Source: Nitrosopumilus sp.
GTDB taxonomy: Archaea > Thermoproteota > Nitrososphaeria > Nitrososphaerales > Nitrosopumilaceae
Direction of reading: 5' to 3'
DNA length: 64,000 bases
Assembly: GCA_965219345.1 (NCBI GenBank)
Contig: OZ244732.1
Span: 1,568,001-1,632,000 of the forward strand
Shown here: positions 9,227 through 19,435 of the stretch, one piece after another
Layout: every line of letters starts with the position of its first letter
Position numbering within the stretch: position 1 is the first letter of the stretch
Notes under the pieces: generated by a model
The model's database searches: none
The model's input: the letters and a program-made list of their open reading frames with translations, nothing else
What the model was told of the DNA's origin: nothing
Program-made: the position numbers and the translations under genes

Positions 9227-9766
9227 TTGATGAAGATTTACACCAAAACAGGAGATGGAGGGAATACTGGTTTACAAGGAAATTTCAGAATATCAAAATC
9301 TCATCCAAGAATAATATCATATGGTACTATAGATGAAGCAAATGCGGCACTTGGACTAGTCCTAGTTAATTCATTAGATGAAAATATTACAAAAATTTTA
9401 ACAAATATACAAAATGAACTATTTTTAGTCGGGGCAGATCTTTCAAACCTTAATCTTGATGATACAAAAAATAGGGTCACATTGGCTATGATAGAAAGAC
9501 TTGAACACAATATTGACGAATTTGAATCAGAACTTTCTCCTCTGACAAATTTTATTTTACCAGGTGGAGACAAAGCTGCAGCACAATTACATTATGTTAG
9601 AACTATTGTGAGAAGAGCAGAAACCCAAGTAGTTCAATTAAGTGAAAAAGAAGAAATTAATTCAAACTGCATTAAATATCTCAATAGATTGTCTGATTTG
9701 TTTTTTGTAATGGGTCGTTTAATCAATAAACGAAAAGACAGAGATGATCTTCTCTGGAAGATCTGA
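9227..9766 (+). CDS. pduO: ATP:cob(I)alamin adenosyltransferase (PduO type)
   Basis: KIYTKTGDGG, FILPGG, RTIVRRAE, YLNRLSD. Confidence 0.92.
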   Translation: MMKIYTKTGDGGNTGLQGNFRISKSHPRIISYGTIDEANAALGLVLVNSLDENITKILTNIQNELFLVGADLSNLNLDDTKNRVTLAMIERLEHNIDEFESELSPLTNFILPGGDKAAAQLHYVRTIVRRAETQVVQLSEKEEINSNCIKYLNRLSDLFFVMGRLINKRKDRDDLLWKI

Positions 9767-9809
9767 AAAGACAAACTTTAATTCCTCATTTGAGTGCCTT
9801 TTTTTCAGT

Positions 9810-9883
9810 GCCGGGGTAGCTCAGCCTGGGAGAGCACTCGGCTGAAGACCGGGCTGTCGCGCGTTCAAATCTCGCCTCCGGCA
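9810..9883 (+). tRNA. tRNA-Phe(GAA)
   Basis: Acceptor stem GCCGGGG/CTCCGGC, anticodon loop CT-GAA-GA, T-loop TTCAAAT. Confidence 0.93.
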
Positions 9884-10164
9884 CTTAACACACTGTTTTC
9901 ACAATTTGTGAAAAAATACTAAAACAAAAATTGAATACATTTACCAATATCAAAATTATTTATTTTTTAAATTATAACTTTATTTTTTCTAAGTTGATTT
10001 ACTAATGTTTAATTATTGAATGCGTTGAACTGTGTAATCAATTATATGTAATTATGAAAATAATATTCTAATTGATCGCTAGAGAATCTTTATTATGAAA
10101 TTCGCACAAAAAATTATCTAACATAATCTTTAAAAACCCTAGGAACTCTTGATTTTCGATATTC

Positions 10165-10419
10165 ATGGTTGAAAAAAAGACTACAAAAAAACAAAAAAAT
10201 AGAATTACGACTAAAACAAAAACTAGAAAAGTTAAAGCTACTAAGACTAAATCAACAGCTAAATCTACTACATCAAGGAAGAAAAAAGCAAAGGAACAAT
10301 CATTTGATGATATGAGTATTGTTATAGTTGATGATGATATAGAGATTGATCAGGAAAAAATTAATGAAGAAAGAAGAGCATATCTTGAAGAAGCAAGGTC
10401 CCAAGAGGCATCTGACTAG
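10165..10419 (+). CDS. Lys/Thr-rich small hypothetical protein
   Basis: Basic N-terminus, acidic C-terminus. Confidence 0.7.
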   Translation: MVEKKTTKKQKNRITTKTKTRKVKATKTKSTAKSTTSRKKKAKEQSFDDMSIVIVDDDIEIDQEKINEERRAYLEEARSQEASD

Positions 10420-10453
10420 AAATCTTTATCCAATCTAATGAAATGAGATAATT

Positions 10454-10693
10454 ATGCGTGCGTTATGTTTGATTACAGTGAAACCTGGCAAGGTTGATGT
10501 GGTTGTTTCTATATTAAAGAAAAAACGTAAAATTCTAAAACAGATTATGGTTGTTGCCGGAAGAGCAGACATTAGTGTACTTTTACAAGGAAATATTGAT
10601 GAAATCAACAGTATGGTAATTGATTTTAAAAAAATCAAAGATATTGTTACAACTGAAACATTAATTGAGGTAGAGGTAAATTTAGGTTGGTAA
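10454..10693 (+). CDS. Lrp/AsnC ligand-binding domain protein
   Basis: 79 aa, VAGRADI ... TETLI pattern. Confidence 0.8.
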   Translation: MRALCLITVKPGKVDVVVSILKKKRKILKQIMVVAGRADISVLLQGNIDEINSMVIDFKKIKDIVTTETLIEVEVNLGW

Positions 10694-10905
10694 GAGCAAT
10701 AATTTTGGTGAAATCACCGAAGAAACTCATAGCTGCAAGATTGCGAAAAGTTACCTCAATCACAGATTCTTTTCCAACAAGTGGACAATTTGATGCTGTT
10801 GCAATAATTGATGTTGAACAACTAGTTCAGATTAAAGAAGTGGCTAATCAGATTCAAAAAATAAACGGTGTGGAAAGGACTGAAACTATGGTTGAAGTTC
10901 AATGA
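10687..10905 (+). CDS. Lrp/AsnC ligand-binding domain protein
   Basis: TSGQFDAVA ... GVERTETM. Confidence 0.8.
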   Translation: MVRAIILVKSPKKLIAARLRKVTSITDSFPTSGQFDAVAIIDVEQLVQIKEVANQIQKINGVERTETMVEVQ

Positions 10906-10941
10906 CACAATGAATTTAAAGAACTTCTGGGTAGATGGCTT

Positions 10942-11355
10942 GTGAACATCAAAAAAGTTGGAAATGTAATTTTGGCTGTAAATGACCTAGACAAATCCTT
11001 AGAATTTTATCATGAAATCATAGGACTACCAATCAAAAAACAGAGAAGATCTTGGATTGATTTGGGTACATCTGGAGCTTTATTGAGTTTACATCCAGCA
11101 TCAATGTCTGAACAACATATTGGTGGGTCTATTGAAAATGGTATTACGATAGGATTTCTTGTCGGTGATGTAAAATCTGCAGTAAATGAATTAAGAGAGA
11201 AAGGTGTTAAGATTCATCGTGAGATTGTAGAAAAAGATGCAGGCAAAAATGCAGTAATTATAGATCCTGACGAGTATCTGATTTCTTTATTTGAGCCAAT
11301 CTTTAACGATAGTGCTCAACAAACAGGCGGATATCAAGGATTTACACCAGCTTAG
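10942..11355 (+). CDS. VOC/glyoxalase family protein
   Basis: AVNDLDKSLEFYHEIIGL, DPD motif. Confidence 0.85.
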   Translation: MNIKKVGNVILAVNDLDKSLEFYHEIIGLPIKKQRRSWIDLGTSGALLSLHPASMSEQHIGGSIENGITIGFLVGDVKSAVNELREKGVKIHREIVEKDAGKNAVIIDPDEYLISLFEPIFNDSAQQTGGYQGFTPA

Positions 11356-11744
11356 ACTATCTTTTTTATTAAAGAGATAATTTTCTCTATTTCTTTTTCT
11401 TTCCTATTTATTGAAATATAATAAGTAACATTACTTTTCTGCAAAACTATAATTGTTATTTTTTGATGTTGTAAAATTACATGTTCTAATGCTCCAACCG
11501 TACTTGCAGTATTTTTTCTTAATGATATCAAAGTAGAAATAATGAAAAACTCATTTTTTACTTGTTCTGATTTTAAGAGAGGTTTTAAATTTGGTCTAAC
11601 TATTCCAGTTAATGTCCTACCATATTTGTTTATGACTCCTGCATATCTAATGCTATTTGATATTTTTAGAATATTTTGACATTGTTTTCGGTGTTTTATT
11701 ACAACATCTTTCCATTTTTCCGCCGGAGTTTTTACCATGACCAA
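11352..11744 (-). CDS. Thaumarchaeal roadblock-like hypothetical protein (DUF6659-like)
   Basis: IRYAGVINKYGR motif. Confidence 0.7.
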   Translation of the reverse strand: MVMVKTPAEKWKDVVIKHRKQCQNILKISNSIRYAGVINKYGRTLTGIVRPNLKPLLKSEQVKNEFFIISTLISLRKNTASTVGALEHVILQHQKITIIVLQKSNVTYYISINRKEKEIEKIISLIKKIV

Positions 11745-11807
11745 AATTATTTAGGGAATTAATAAGGATTTTCACTAATTGTAAATTTTAGAATTTAAAA
11801 ATTATTT

Positions 11808-12185
11808 CTAATGGGATTTAGGTGTTGTTTCTTTTTCCACTTTTTTCTTTAACTCTAAGTTTTCTTTTAATAGTTTATCATTAGCAACTTGAAGTGCTTC
11901 AACCGAATTTTGTCTATTGTATAATGGATGCCCAGGAGGAATAATTGCAGAATTCATTGACACTAGTCCAGCTGCATATTGCTGATACATATGTTGGAAT
12001 CCTTGAAGTTTTTGACTAATATTAGAAACTTCTTCTGAAAACGGTTCTTTCATTGGATTTTCATAAATTTTGAACATTGGATGGGTTAATCCGGGAGGTA
12101 ATCTAGGAAATTGTAATGCAAGATGAGGAATATTGGGGCTCAATCCATAGAGGTCCTGTAAATGCTTCATGACTGAATTATCCAC
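11808..12185 (-). CDS. Hypothetical protein
   Basis: 125 aa, Pro-rich, coiled-coil end. Confidence 0.65.
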   Translation of the reverse strand: MDNSVMKHLQDLYGLSPNIPHLALQFPRLPPGLTHPMFKIYENPMKEPFSEEVSNISQKLQGFQHMYQQYAAGLVSMNSAIIPPGHPLYNRQNSVEALQVANDKLLKENLELKKKVEKETTPKSH

Positions 12186-12322
12186 AAAATTGGTTCATAT
12201 TTACTATATTTCTGCCTTGCTTTAGGCATTTGATATACTGTTTAGTGAAATCTTAGTCATTTCAACTCAGTTTGAGCTGATCGCTGATCCTTATAGATTC
12301 CAAGTTTAGATCGCTGATACGC

Positions 12323-12469
12323 ATGATCAGTTCAAAAAAGATATGTCTCAAATGTAAAAAAGACATTAAAGAAAAAGAACTTCATAAGATTGTAATCTAT
12401 GTTGTTCAAGAAAAATTCACTGAGCATCACTATGAGCATGTTGAATGTCCAGACAGATTTTCTGTTTAG
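12323..12469 (+). CDS. Small Cys/His protein (48 aa), not in ORF track
   Basis: MISSKKICLKCKK...HYEHVECPDRFSV. Confidence 0.6.
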   Translation: MISSKKICLKCKKDIKEKELHKIVIYVVQEKFTEHHYEHVECPDRFSV

Positions 12470-12489
12470 TTAATTAATTACTGAAAAAA

Positions 12490-13248
12490 TTATTCTTTGT
12501 GTTCATATACTTGGTAAATTTTCCCAGTTAATCTCGATCGATATCTCCATTCAACATCTTTCCAAATGATTTGAGTAAATTCTTTTTGCAAATTTGGATT
12601 AAGTTTTTGAAATACATCACTACCAATCAAGATTTGGCTAGGTTTTGCCATGTATTGGATTTTTGAAGCAATATTCATTGCAGGACCCATTAAATCTACA
12701 TGAGAATGTTTTACATCTGCACCATATCTAACTACAATATTTTGTCCAAAGTCAACTCCAATCTTTACCATCAAATCTGGATAGTCATATTGATTTAGAA
12801 TTGGATTGATCCCTTTTTGAATTACTGAGATCATTGATTTTGCACAATTAACTGCATCATCTGCTGCTACTGTTCCGCAAATATCATCTTCATCTGAAAC
12901 AAAATATCCAATTACCGCATCACCTACAAACTTTAGTACATATCCATGATGTTGTCTAATTACTGCAGCCATTTCTTGTGAAAACGAGCTTACAATTATT
13001 GCAATTTTTTCAGCAGGCATTTCTAATGTCATTGTAGTTGAGCCGACTAAATCTACATAGAGTACTACCATATCCAATTTTAAAAATACATTTTTTCTTA
13101 GAAATTGATCTGATTCGTCAACTATTCCTGAATACTCATAACCTTTTTTGAGAGCCCCCCAAACTCTTTTTTGAGTTTCCAAGATCAGGGACTCTGAATC
13201 TAATGATTGATCTTTATTTTTATCTTCATTCATTTCCAATCCTCTCAT
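12490..13248 (-). CDS. Class III adenylate/guanylate cyclase domain protein
   Basis: YVDLVGST, KFVGDAV, DLMGPAMNIASKI. Confidence 0.9.
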   Translation of the reverse strand: MRGLEMNEDKNKDQSLDSESLILETQKRVWGALKKGYEYSGIVDESDQFLRKNVFLKLDMVVLYVDLVGSTTMTLEMPAEKIAIIVSSFSQEMAAVIRQHHGYVLKFVGDAVIGYFVSDEDDICGTVAADDAVNCAKSMISVIQKGINPILNQYDYPDLMVKIGVDFGQNIVVRYGADVKHSHVDLMGPAMNIASKIQYMAKPSQILIGSDVFQKLNPNLQKEFTQIIWKDVEWRYRSRLTGKIYQVYEHKE

Positions 13249-13367
13249 TCTAAGGGAAAATTAATCTTACAATGAGGGCATTTTCCTCTAATTCCATTAT
13301 AGCCTTCATCATAATACTCTATAATTTCTCCGTTACAATGTTCACATGTAATTTTCGATTTTTCCAT
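13245..13367 (-). CDS. Small Zn-ribbon protein (40 aa), not in ORF track
   Basis: MEKSKITCEHCNG...GKCPHCKINFPLE. Confidence 0.6.
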   Translation of the reverse strand: MEKSKITCEHCNGEIIEYYDEGYNGIRGKCPHCKINFPLE

Positions 13368-13426
13368 GCCTGGGATTGTGATTTTGTCTATTTAGATGTA
13401 GATGAAGGTTTAAGGATAACAGTAAT

Positions 13427-14278
13427 TTGCTATTTCATGTGCGCTTAGATACAAGATCCACCAATGATTTCATTCAACAATTAAATCAAAAAAATGAAGA
13501 GATTCAAAAGTTGTTTTTATCAAAGATGAATGTTCTGACAAAAATGATTGATGTAAAAGTAATGATGGGGGATTCTACTATAACGGAACAGAAAACATTT
13601 GATCCAAAACTAGTAACAGATTATTTTCAAAAAATTAACAGTAATCTAAAAGATTGGTCTTTGCAAGATGTATCCATTACTAATAATGAAGACCTCAGGA
13701 GAATTTTTACAAAGTTTGAGATAATGGAGGGGAATTATTTAATATCTGGACATCTATCAATCCAATTTCATGTGTTGTTGTATTACAAACCAGATCAACG
13801 AGTTCTAGACTGTCAAAAAGAATTGTCTAATATTGTTGATTTGACAAAAAATAACGAACAGCAGGTTTCTGATAATAGTGATCAATTTGTTTTAAATAAA
13901 CTAAAAGAGATGGGATACAAAGACCTTGATCATCAAAAATTGTTTGAAATATTTTATGAAAATGATGAATTTAGAGAAAAAGTTTATGCCGAGATAGAAA
14001 AAGACGCAGGAGTAGACTTTCAAGAATTATCAGAAAAAAAGACAAAACTGTTTAATGAGCTTGATTCTTTTTTAATTGAAACTTATCAGATAGATTCTGT
14101 GTTGATTGATGATAATAGATTAATTACTGGTGAAGAGGGTTGTTTATGTACAATAGATTTAGAATTTGTTAAAAATAAAAATAGAGAAGGATTGTTTGAT
14201 CCAAGAAAAATATCTGATTCTGTAAGGGAAATTATTTTAAATCGCTTAGATAGTCTCAATAAAATACTAGGTTTTTAG
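13427..14278 (+). CDS. Hypothetical protein
   Basis: 283 aa ORF with host-like composition. Confidence 0.75.
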   Translation: MLFHVRLDTRSTNDFIQQLNQKNEEIQKLFLSKMNVLTKMIDVKVMMGDSTITEQKTFDPKLVTDYFQKINSNLKDWSLQDVSITNNEDLRRIFTKFEIMEGNYLISGHLSIQFHVLLYYKPDQRVLDCQKELSNIVDLTKNNEQQVSDNSDQFVLNKLKEMGYKDLDHQKLFEIFYENDEFREKVYAEIEKDAGVDFQELSEKKTKLFNELDSFLIETYQIDSVLIDDNRLITGEEGCLCTIDLEFVKNKNREGLFDPRKISDSVREIILNRLDSLNKILGF

Positions 14279-14309
14279 CGCCTAATATAGCAATAGTCCA
14301 AAATCCCAT

Positions 14310-14430
14310 ATGGAAACAGACGTAGAAGGTGACATGGCTGGTGAGGCGTATTCTAACTTTATTGAATCCATAAAGAGTCCCGTAACAAAGAGAAATTATC
14401 TTGTCTGCATACGCCAGTTCTTGGAAAAGA
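14310..14430 (+). pseudogene. N-terminal fragment of a tyrosine integrase-like gene
   Basis: METDVEGDMAGEAYSNFIESIKSPVTKRNY resembles N-termini of thaumarchaeal integrases; it lies at the island border. Confidence 0.4.
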
Positions 14431-14603
14431 TTCCAGAAATTGAAAGCAAGATAAAATTTTCAAAGCTAAAAAAATTATTTTAGATTCTGTTTTGTCGGAT
14501 TTTTTAGTTTTCACAGAAATTTCAACATACATTTTCTTTGGAATTCCAAGTACCATTATTAATTGCACTAATGCTACATAACTTCACATAACCCTTGATC
14601 GAC

Positions 14604-17141
14604 ATGGTTATTACCCCCCCCCCCGTACGTCCTTTAGTGACACTAAAAGAGAGAGACGGCATTGCAGCAATCCTAGTGATTGCAACGATAACAGCAATGA
14701 CTGCAAGCAGCGTGACAGACAATGAATCAAACAAGGCAGCATACCAGACATTTGCCTATGCAACCGGCAGTGCAACGCTGACCGTGTCCTCCATTGGTAC
14801 TGCCGGCACATCAGAAATCCATGTCGTGCTGTCCGAAGACGTCACAGTAAACAATGCGGCACCCGGGGACTTTGTGCTGTCTGGTAACATATCCACAGAC
14901 CCGACCGTGACTGGAATCGAGGCCGTTGCAGACACGCTTGTCCTTACCCTCAGCGATACGCTTGGTCATGATGATGACATCAGACTGGCATACACCAAAA
15001 CCACAGGCAGCATAGATGACATTCCTGCTCCTCCGTCCTTTGTCGGCTCCTTCCCGGTAGGCTCACAAGACACATTCCCGACAGGCCTGGCCTTCTCTGC
15101 TGACGGAACAAGGATGTTTGTCGTAGGTCTCTCTGGCGCTGACGTAAACGAGTACGCGCTGACTGCCCCATTTGACGTATCGACTTCTGCCTTTGTCGGC
15201 TCCTTCTCAGTAAATTCAGAAGAGACAACACCGCGAGGTCTGGCCTTCTCTGCTGACGGAACAAGGATGTTTGTCGTAGGTAATTTTAACGATGCCGTAA
15301 ACGAGTACGCGCTGACTGCCGCCTTTGACGTATCCAATGTCACCCTTGCCAGATCTTTCTCAGTGGCTTCACAGGCATCCCAACCACAGGGTCTGGCCTT
15401 CTCTGCTGACGGAACAAAGATGTTTGTCGTAAGTGGTGGTAATGACGATGACGTAGACGAGTACGCGCTAGCTGCCCCATTTGACATATCCAATGTCACC
15501 TTTGTCGACTCTTTCCCAGTGGCATCAGGAGAGACAACACCGCGAGGTCTGGCCTTCTCTGCTGACGGAACAAGGATGTTTGTCACAGGTAATACTGGCG
15601 ATGCTGTATACGAGTACGCGCTGACTGCCGCCTTTGACGTATCCACTGCCGCCTTTGTCGGCTCTTTCTCAGTGGCTTCAGAAGATACAAGTCTATTTGG
15701 CCTGACCTTCTCCAGCGACGGAACAAGGATGTTTGTTTCAGGTACCACTAACGATGTCGTATACCAGTACGCGCTATCAGAGCCATTTACTTTGCTTCCG
15801 CAGCCAAACTCGCTTGCCAGCTTTGCGGCAACCCAGGTCACAAACAACATCATGACACCGCCAGATGACGAGTCTACGGGGGGGTCAGATGCGTCTGGCC
15901 AGTCAGAGGATGCTATGGTGAATGTTCTTCCGACGCTGAGATACGATGTCGGATATGGTACGATTGCCAATGATCTGTCCCTGTTAACAACAGATCATAT
16001 TCATCCCACATATCACAATGCCATCAACCTTAGACAACCCGGCAGTGACAATCCCTGGATTGCCGTGTTTCCAGACTCTTTGACTACCACAGAGGGCGGC
16101 AGCCTTGTGGCATCCGGAGATCCCATAAGACCGTACGACTATCATAATCTTACTAATCAGGTACCTGCCATAACCTGTGCTACGGATAATTTTGGCCACG
16201 ACCCCACAATGCTTGCCGAATTTGACTACATCCCCGGTGCCACATATACCGGTACCGACACGTTTGACATTGTCATAAAAGAGTTCATCTATACTGGAGA
16301 TGCCGAATCCGCTGCATGTCTTGTCACCGGGGCAACCGAGACCATACCCGTAGAGATTACGGTAGGTGAAAAACCATCCGTAACGTTTAGGGATGACTTT
16401 ACAAAGTTCTCCAACAGTTCCGGCGTAGTGGTGCTTGAGCATATTGATGACCTGTTTGGTTTGCAACCTCCTAGTTTCTCCTTTCCGTTTCCCTCCTTTG
16501 ATCCCTTTGTAAGTGATGCAGTAACCGGACTTGACCTTCCCGAGGCGACATCTGGCGGATCACCTATAACTCCCGTAACTTTCGAAAACGGTACCAAAAA
16601 CTATGTCATCAGGGGCGTGTTTAGTAATGACTCCTTTTCATACAATATGACTGCCAGCCTGGCATACGGTACCGTTGCTGCAGACGGCACCATCACAGAG
16701 TACCTAAACGAGATTGCATCAAAGACAATTGACGTCATGCTGGATGCCACCAACGCCGATGCCCCCGTATGCTCGGCCAGTGTAACCGGTGATCTGGACT
16801 TTGGCAGCCTGGCATACGGCGACACCTCGGATCCAAAGCAACTTCTAATTAATAATACTGGCACCGGTCTTGTTGATGTGGACATATCTGCAACTCACTG
16901 GCTGTACAGTCATGACGAGCCAATCATGGATGTGGGGCAGACAAGGTACAGTCTTAGTAATTCGAACGATGCATATGCGGACAGAACCCCAATGTCTGAA
17001 GCTGACGCTACTCTTGTAAGCGGTTTGCTACTTGACCTTCCTTATTACCAATATCTGCAGGTTCAAATTGGTGACATCAGTTCGAACTTTGCAGGTCAGC
17101 TGACACAGACCATAACCACGACTGCAACCTGCAGCAGCTAG
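14604..17141 (+). CDS. Large secreted/surface protein with SwmB/Ig-like domain, five beta-propeller repeats and Ig-like C-terminus
   Basis: Hydrophobic N-terminus; five ~51 aa repeats GLAFSADGTRMFVVG...EYALTAPFDVS; GC-rich. Confidence 0.8.
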   Translation: MVITPPPVRPLVTLKERDGIAAILVIATITAMTASSVTDNESNKAAYQTFAYATGSATLTVSSIGTAGTSEIHVVLSEDVTVNNAAPGDFVLSGNISTDPTVTGIEAVADTLVLTLSDTLGHDDDIRLAYTKTTGSIDDIPAPPSFVGSFPVGSQDTFPTGLAFSADGTRMFVVGLSGADVNEYALTAPFDVSTSAFVGSFSVNSEETTPRGLAFSADGTRMFVVGNFNDAVNEYALTAAFDVSNVTLARSFSVASQASQPQGLAFSADGTKMFVVSGGNDDDVDEYALAAPFDISNVTFVDSFPVASGETTPRGLAFSADGTRMFVTGNTGDAVYEYALTAAFDVSTAAFVGSFSVASEDTSLFGLTFSSDGTRMFVSGTTNDVVYQYALSEPFTLLPQPNSLASFAATQVTNNIMTPPDDESTGGSDASGQSEDAMVNVLPTLRYDVGYGTIANDLSLLTTDHIHPTYHNAINLRQPGSDNPWIAVFPDSLTTTEGGSLVASGDPIRPYDYHNLTNQVPAITCATDNFGHDPTMLAEFDYIPGATYTGTDTFDIVIKEFIYTGDAESAACLVTGATETIPVEITVGEKPSVTFRDDFTKFSNSSGVVVLEHIDDLFGLQPPSFSFPFPSFDPFVSDAVTGLDLPEATSGGSPITPVTFENGTKNYVIRGVFSNDSFSYNMTASLAYGTVAADGTITEYLNEIASKTIDVMLDATNADAPVCSASVTGDLDFGSLAYGDTSDPKQLLINNTGTGLVDVDISATHWLYSHDEPIMDVGQTRYSLSNSNDAYADRTPMSEADATLVSGLLLDLPYYQYLQVQIGDISSNFAGQLTQTITTTATCSS
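15039..15790 (+). repeat. Five tandem ~153 bp coding repeats (propeller blades)
   Basis: CTGGCCTTCTCTGCTGACGGAACAAGGATGTTTGTC recurs, identical or nearly so. Confidence 0.9.
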
Positions 17142-17175
17142 CCCTTTCTTATTTATTTTGTAAGAATTCGCCATT

Positions 17176-18010
17176 ATGAATCAAAAGGGATGCCAGCTGC
17201 ATAGCCATTGTCTCTGGCATCATTATGCACTGGCCTTCGCTGCTGTTGCTGCTGCTGCTGCTGCCACCACTACACAGTACAGTGATGATATCTCCATCGG
17301 ATGAAAGACCACAGCGGGGATTCCTGGCATCAAAGACCGTTGGCTTGGACTTGCGTGGGATTTTGCAAGTGGAGAAAAGAACTGTCATAACAAGATCCTA
17401 AAGTGGATAGACGGTGTCTCGTCAAAAGTATTACATGGGCATTCTATTGCAACAGAAATCGAAAAAGCTGTTGATAAAACCATAAAAGACTCTGAAAAAG
17501 TAGGGCAGGGGATCAGATGGTATCAAAACATACCTTGGTGAGATACTTTGATAATTACCAAAGCTTTTGAATCTCGAGAATGTTGATATTTTTACTGCTA
17601 AAGACTCGCAGGATCTGACAACTTTGTGTGATCTGCTCAGGATTCAAAAATTAGGATCTTGTGTCAGTTTTAGTCTTCTCTTTTTGTATTTCCCAATCTC
17701 ACTTTGAATTCTTTTCTTTGAATGCCCCCAGATTTTTGAGAGCCAGAACAACCATATAGACAGGATTAGAATCTCCTTTGGCTTCTCTTTTGATAATTTC
17801 AGAGAATATGAGATTATGGCCTAGTGGGACAGAACTGCCAAAGTTATTCATGCAGCAGCATGTAAGGAGTAATAGTAAAAAAAAGATGCCAATTCCCACA
17901 ATTGATGCCTTCGTACCCAAATAACCCCAGGCGGAACTTGCTCAATTATGTCCAAAACTGTTGCAGATTACGTACAAACAGCCCATCATAGTCCAAATTG
18001 TCAAACATAG
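17176..18010. pseudogene. Decayed ORF fragments (signal-peptide-like with GCT run; membrane protein fragment)
   Basis: Short broken frames; (GCT)n tract near 17259-17283. Confidence 0.35.
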
Positions 18011-18181
18011 TTCTATATCTTTAATAAAATTATTAAATTATAAATTAAAATCAAGAAACCGGAAATTGAGAAATTATCTCAAAGGGAAGTTCCGATCCCT
18101 TGATATATTTTCAACGTTATGAATGAACTATTTAGGCATTTCTGATAATCTATGCGTAAAATTTGACTAAAGATACAATTT

Positions 18182-19435
18182 TTGCATAGAAGAAGTCAAA
18201 TACACCATTTAGCAGCAACATTTCCAATGAACCCGTCATATGATGAAATACAAAAGGCAAATTCAATGCGAGGAAATGAGATAAAGAAGACACCATTAAT
18301 TCACTCCCCTACATTCAGTGAACTTACAGGCTCTGAGGTTTATTTGAAAGCAGAATTTCGACAAAGAACTGGTTCATTTAAAATTCGTGGGGCTTATTAC
18401 AAAATCAAATCATTATCAGATGAAGAGAAAAAACATGGCGTTGTTGCAGCATCTGCAGGAAATCATGCTCAAGGAATGGCATTTGCATCATCACTTGAAA
18501 AAATTCCTTGTACAATCATAATGCCAAAAAATGCATCTCCTGCAAAAGTGGCAGCAACTAGAGGATACGGTGCCAATGTAATCTTAGAAGGAGTAAATTA
18601 TGATGAGTCGTTTGCTAAAGCAAAAGAAATTTCTAAAGAAACAGGCGCCACTATCATACATGCTTTTGATGATCCACAAATTATAGCAGCTCAAGGAGTA
18701 ATAGGACTGGAAATATTGGATGATCTACCAGATGTGGATGAAATTTACCTTCCAGTAGGTGGAGGGGGATTAGCTGCTGGAACTTTGATTGCAATTAAAG
18801 AAAAAAATCCAGATATCAAAGTTATTGGCGTTCAATCAAGTTCATTCCCATCAATGTATGAATCACTCAAAAAAGGCTCTTTAACTGCAAGTGGTGATGC
18901 ACGAACAATTGCAGATGGTATTTCTGTAAAAATTCCTGGACAGCTTACATTTGATATAATTAGTGAACTCATAGACGAAATTGTTCTTGTTAATGATACA
19001 GAAATCACAAAAGCAATGTTTCTCTTAATGGAAAGAATGAAGTTTGTTGTAGAACCTGCAGGCGCTGCAAGTTTAGCATATTTGATTTCAAAGAAACCTG
19101 CACCAGGAAAGAAAGTGGTAGCAGTTCTAGCGGGAGGAAACGTGGATATGTACCTCTTAGGTCAGATTGTAGACAAAGGTCTTGCTGCAATGGGGCGTTT
19201 ACTAAAACTATCAATATTACTTCCTGATAGGCCTGGAGCATTTAAAGAAATTGTTGATGAAATAACTCTAGCAAATGCAAATATTGTCGAAGTAGTTCAT
19301 GATAGACTAAGTTCCAATATCAATGCCGGTTCAGCTGGAGTAACTTTGAGTCTTGAAACTCAGGGAAAAGAACAAGCAAGTCTATTAATTGAAGCATTGA
19401 AAAAGAAAAATATTCAATTCACTTTACTGACTTAG
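18182..19435 (+). CDS. ilvA: Threonine ammonia-lyase with ACT domain
   Basis: GSFKIRGA, SAGNHAQG, PVGGGGL, LPDRPG. Confidence 0.93.
   Translation: MHRRSQIHHLAATFPMNPSYDEIQKANSMRGNEIKKTPLIHSPTFSELTGSEVYLKAEFRQRTGSFKIRGAYYKIKSLSDEEKKHGVVAASAGNHAQGMAFASSLEKIPCTIIMPKNASPAKVAATRGYGANVILEGVNYDESFAKAKEISKETGATIIHAFDDPQIIAAQGVIGLEILDDLPDVDEIYLPVGGGGLAAGTLIAIKEKNPDIKVIGVQSSSFPSMYESLKKGSLTASGDARTIADGISVKIPGQLTFDIISELIDEIVLVNDTEITKAMFLLMERMKFVVEPAGAASLAYLISKKPAPGKKVVAVLAGGNVDMYLLGQIVDKGLAAMGRLLKLSILLPDRPGAFKEIVDEITLANANIVEVVHDRLSSNINAGSAGVTLSLETQGKEQASLLIEALKKKNIQFTLLT

Noticed and set aside
9810-9900. tRNA-Phe as an integration site
   Set aside because: I saw no duplicated tRNA 3' end in the window, and the neighbours are host-like.
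15039-15790. Diversity-generating retroelement TR/VR pair
   Set aside because: The repeats are in-frame protein blades, differences are not confined to adenines, and no reverse transcriptase is present.
14966-15970. 334 aa antisense ORF
   Set aside because: It is the shadow of the GC-rich repetitive sense gene.
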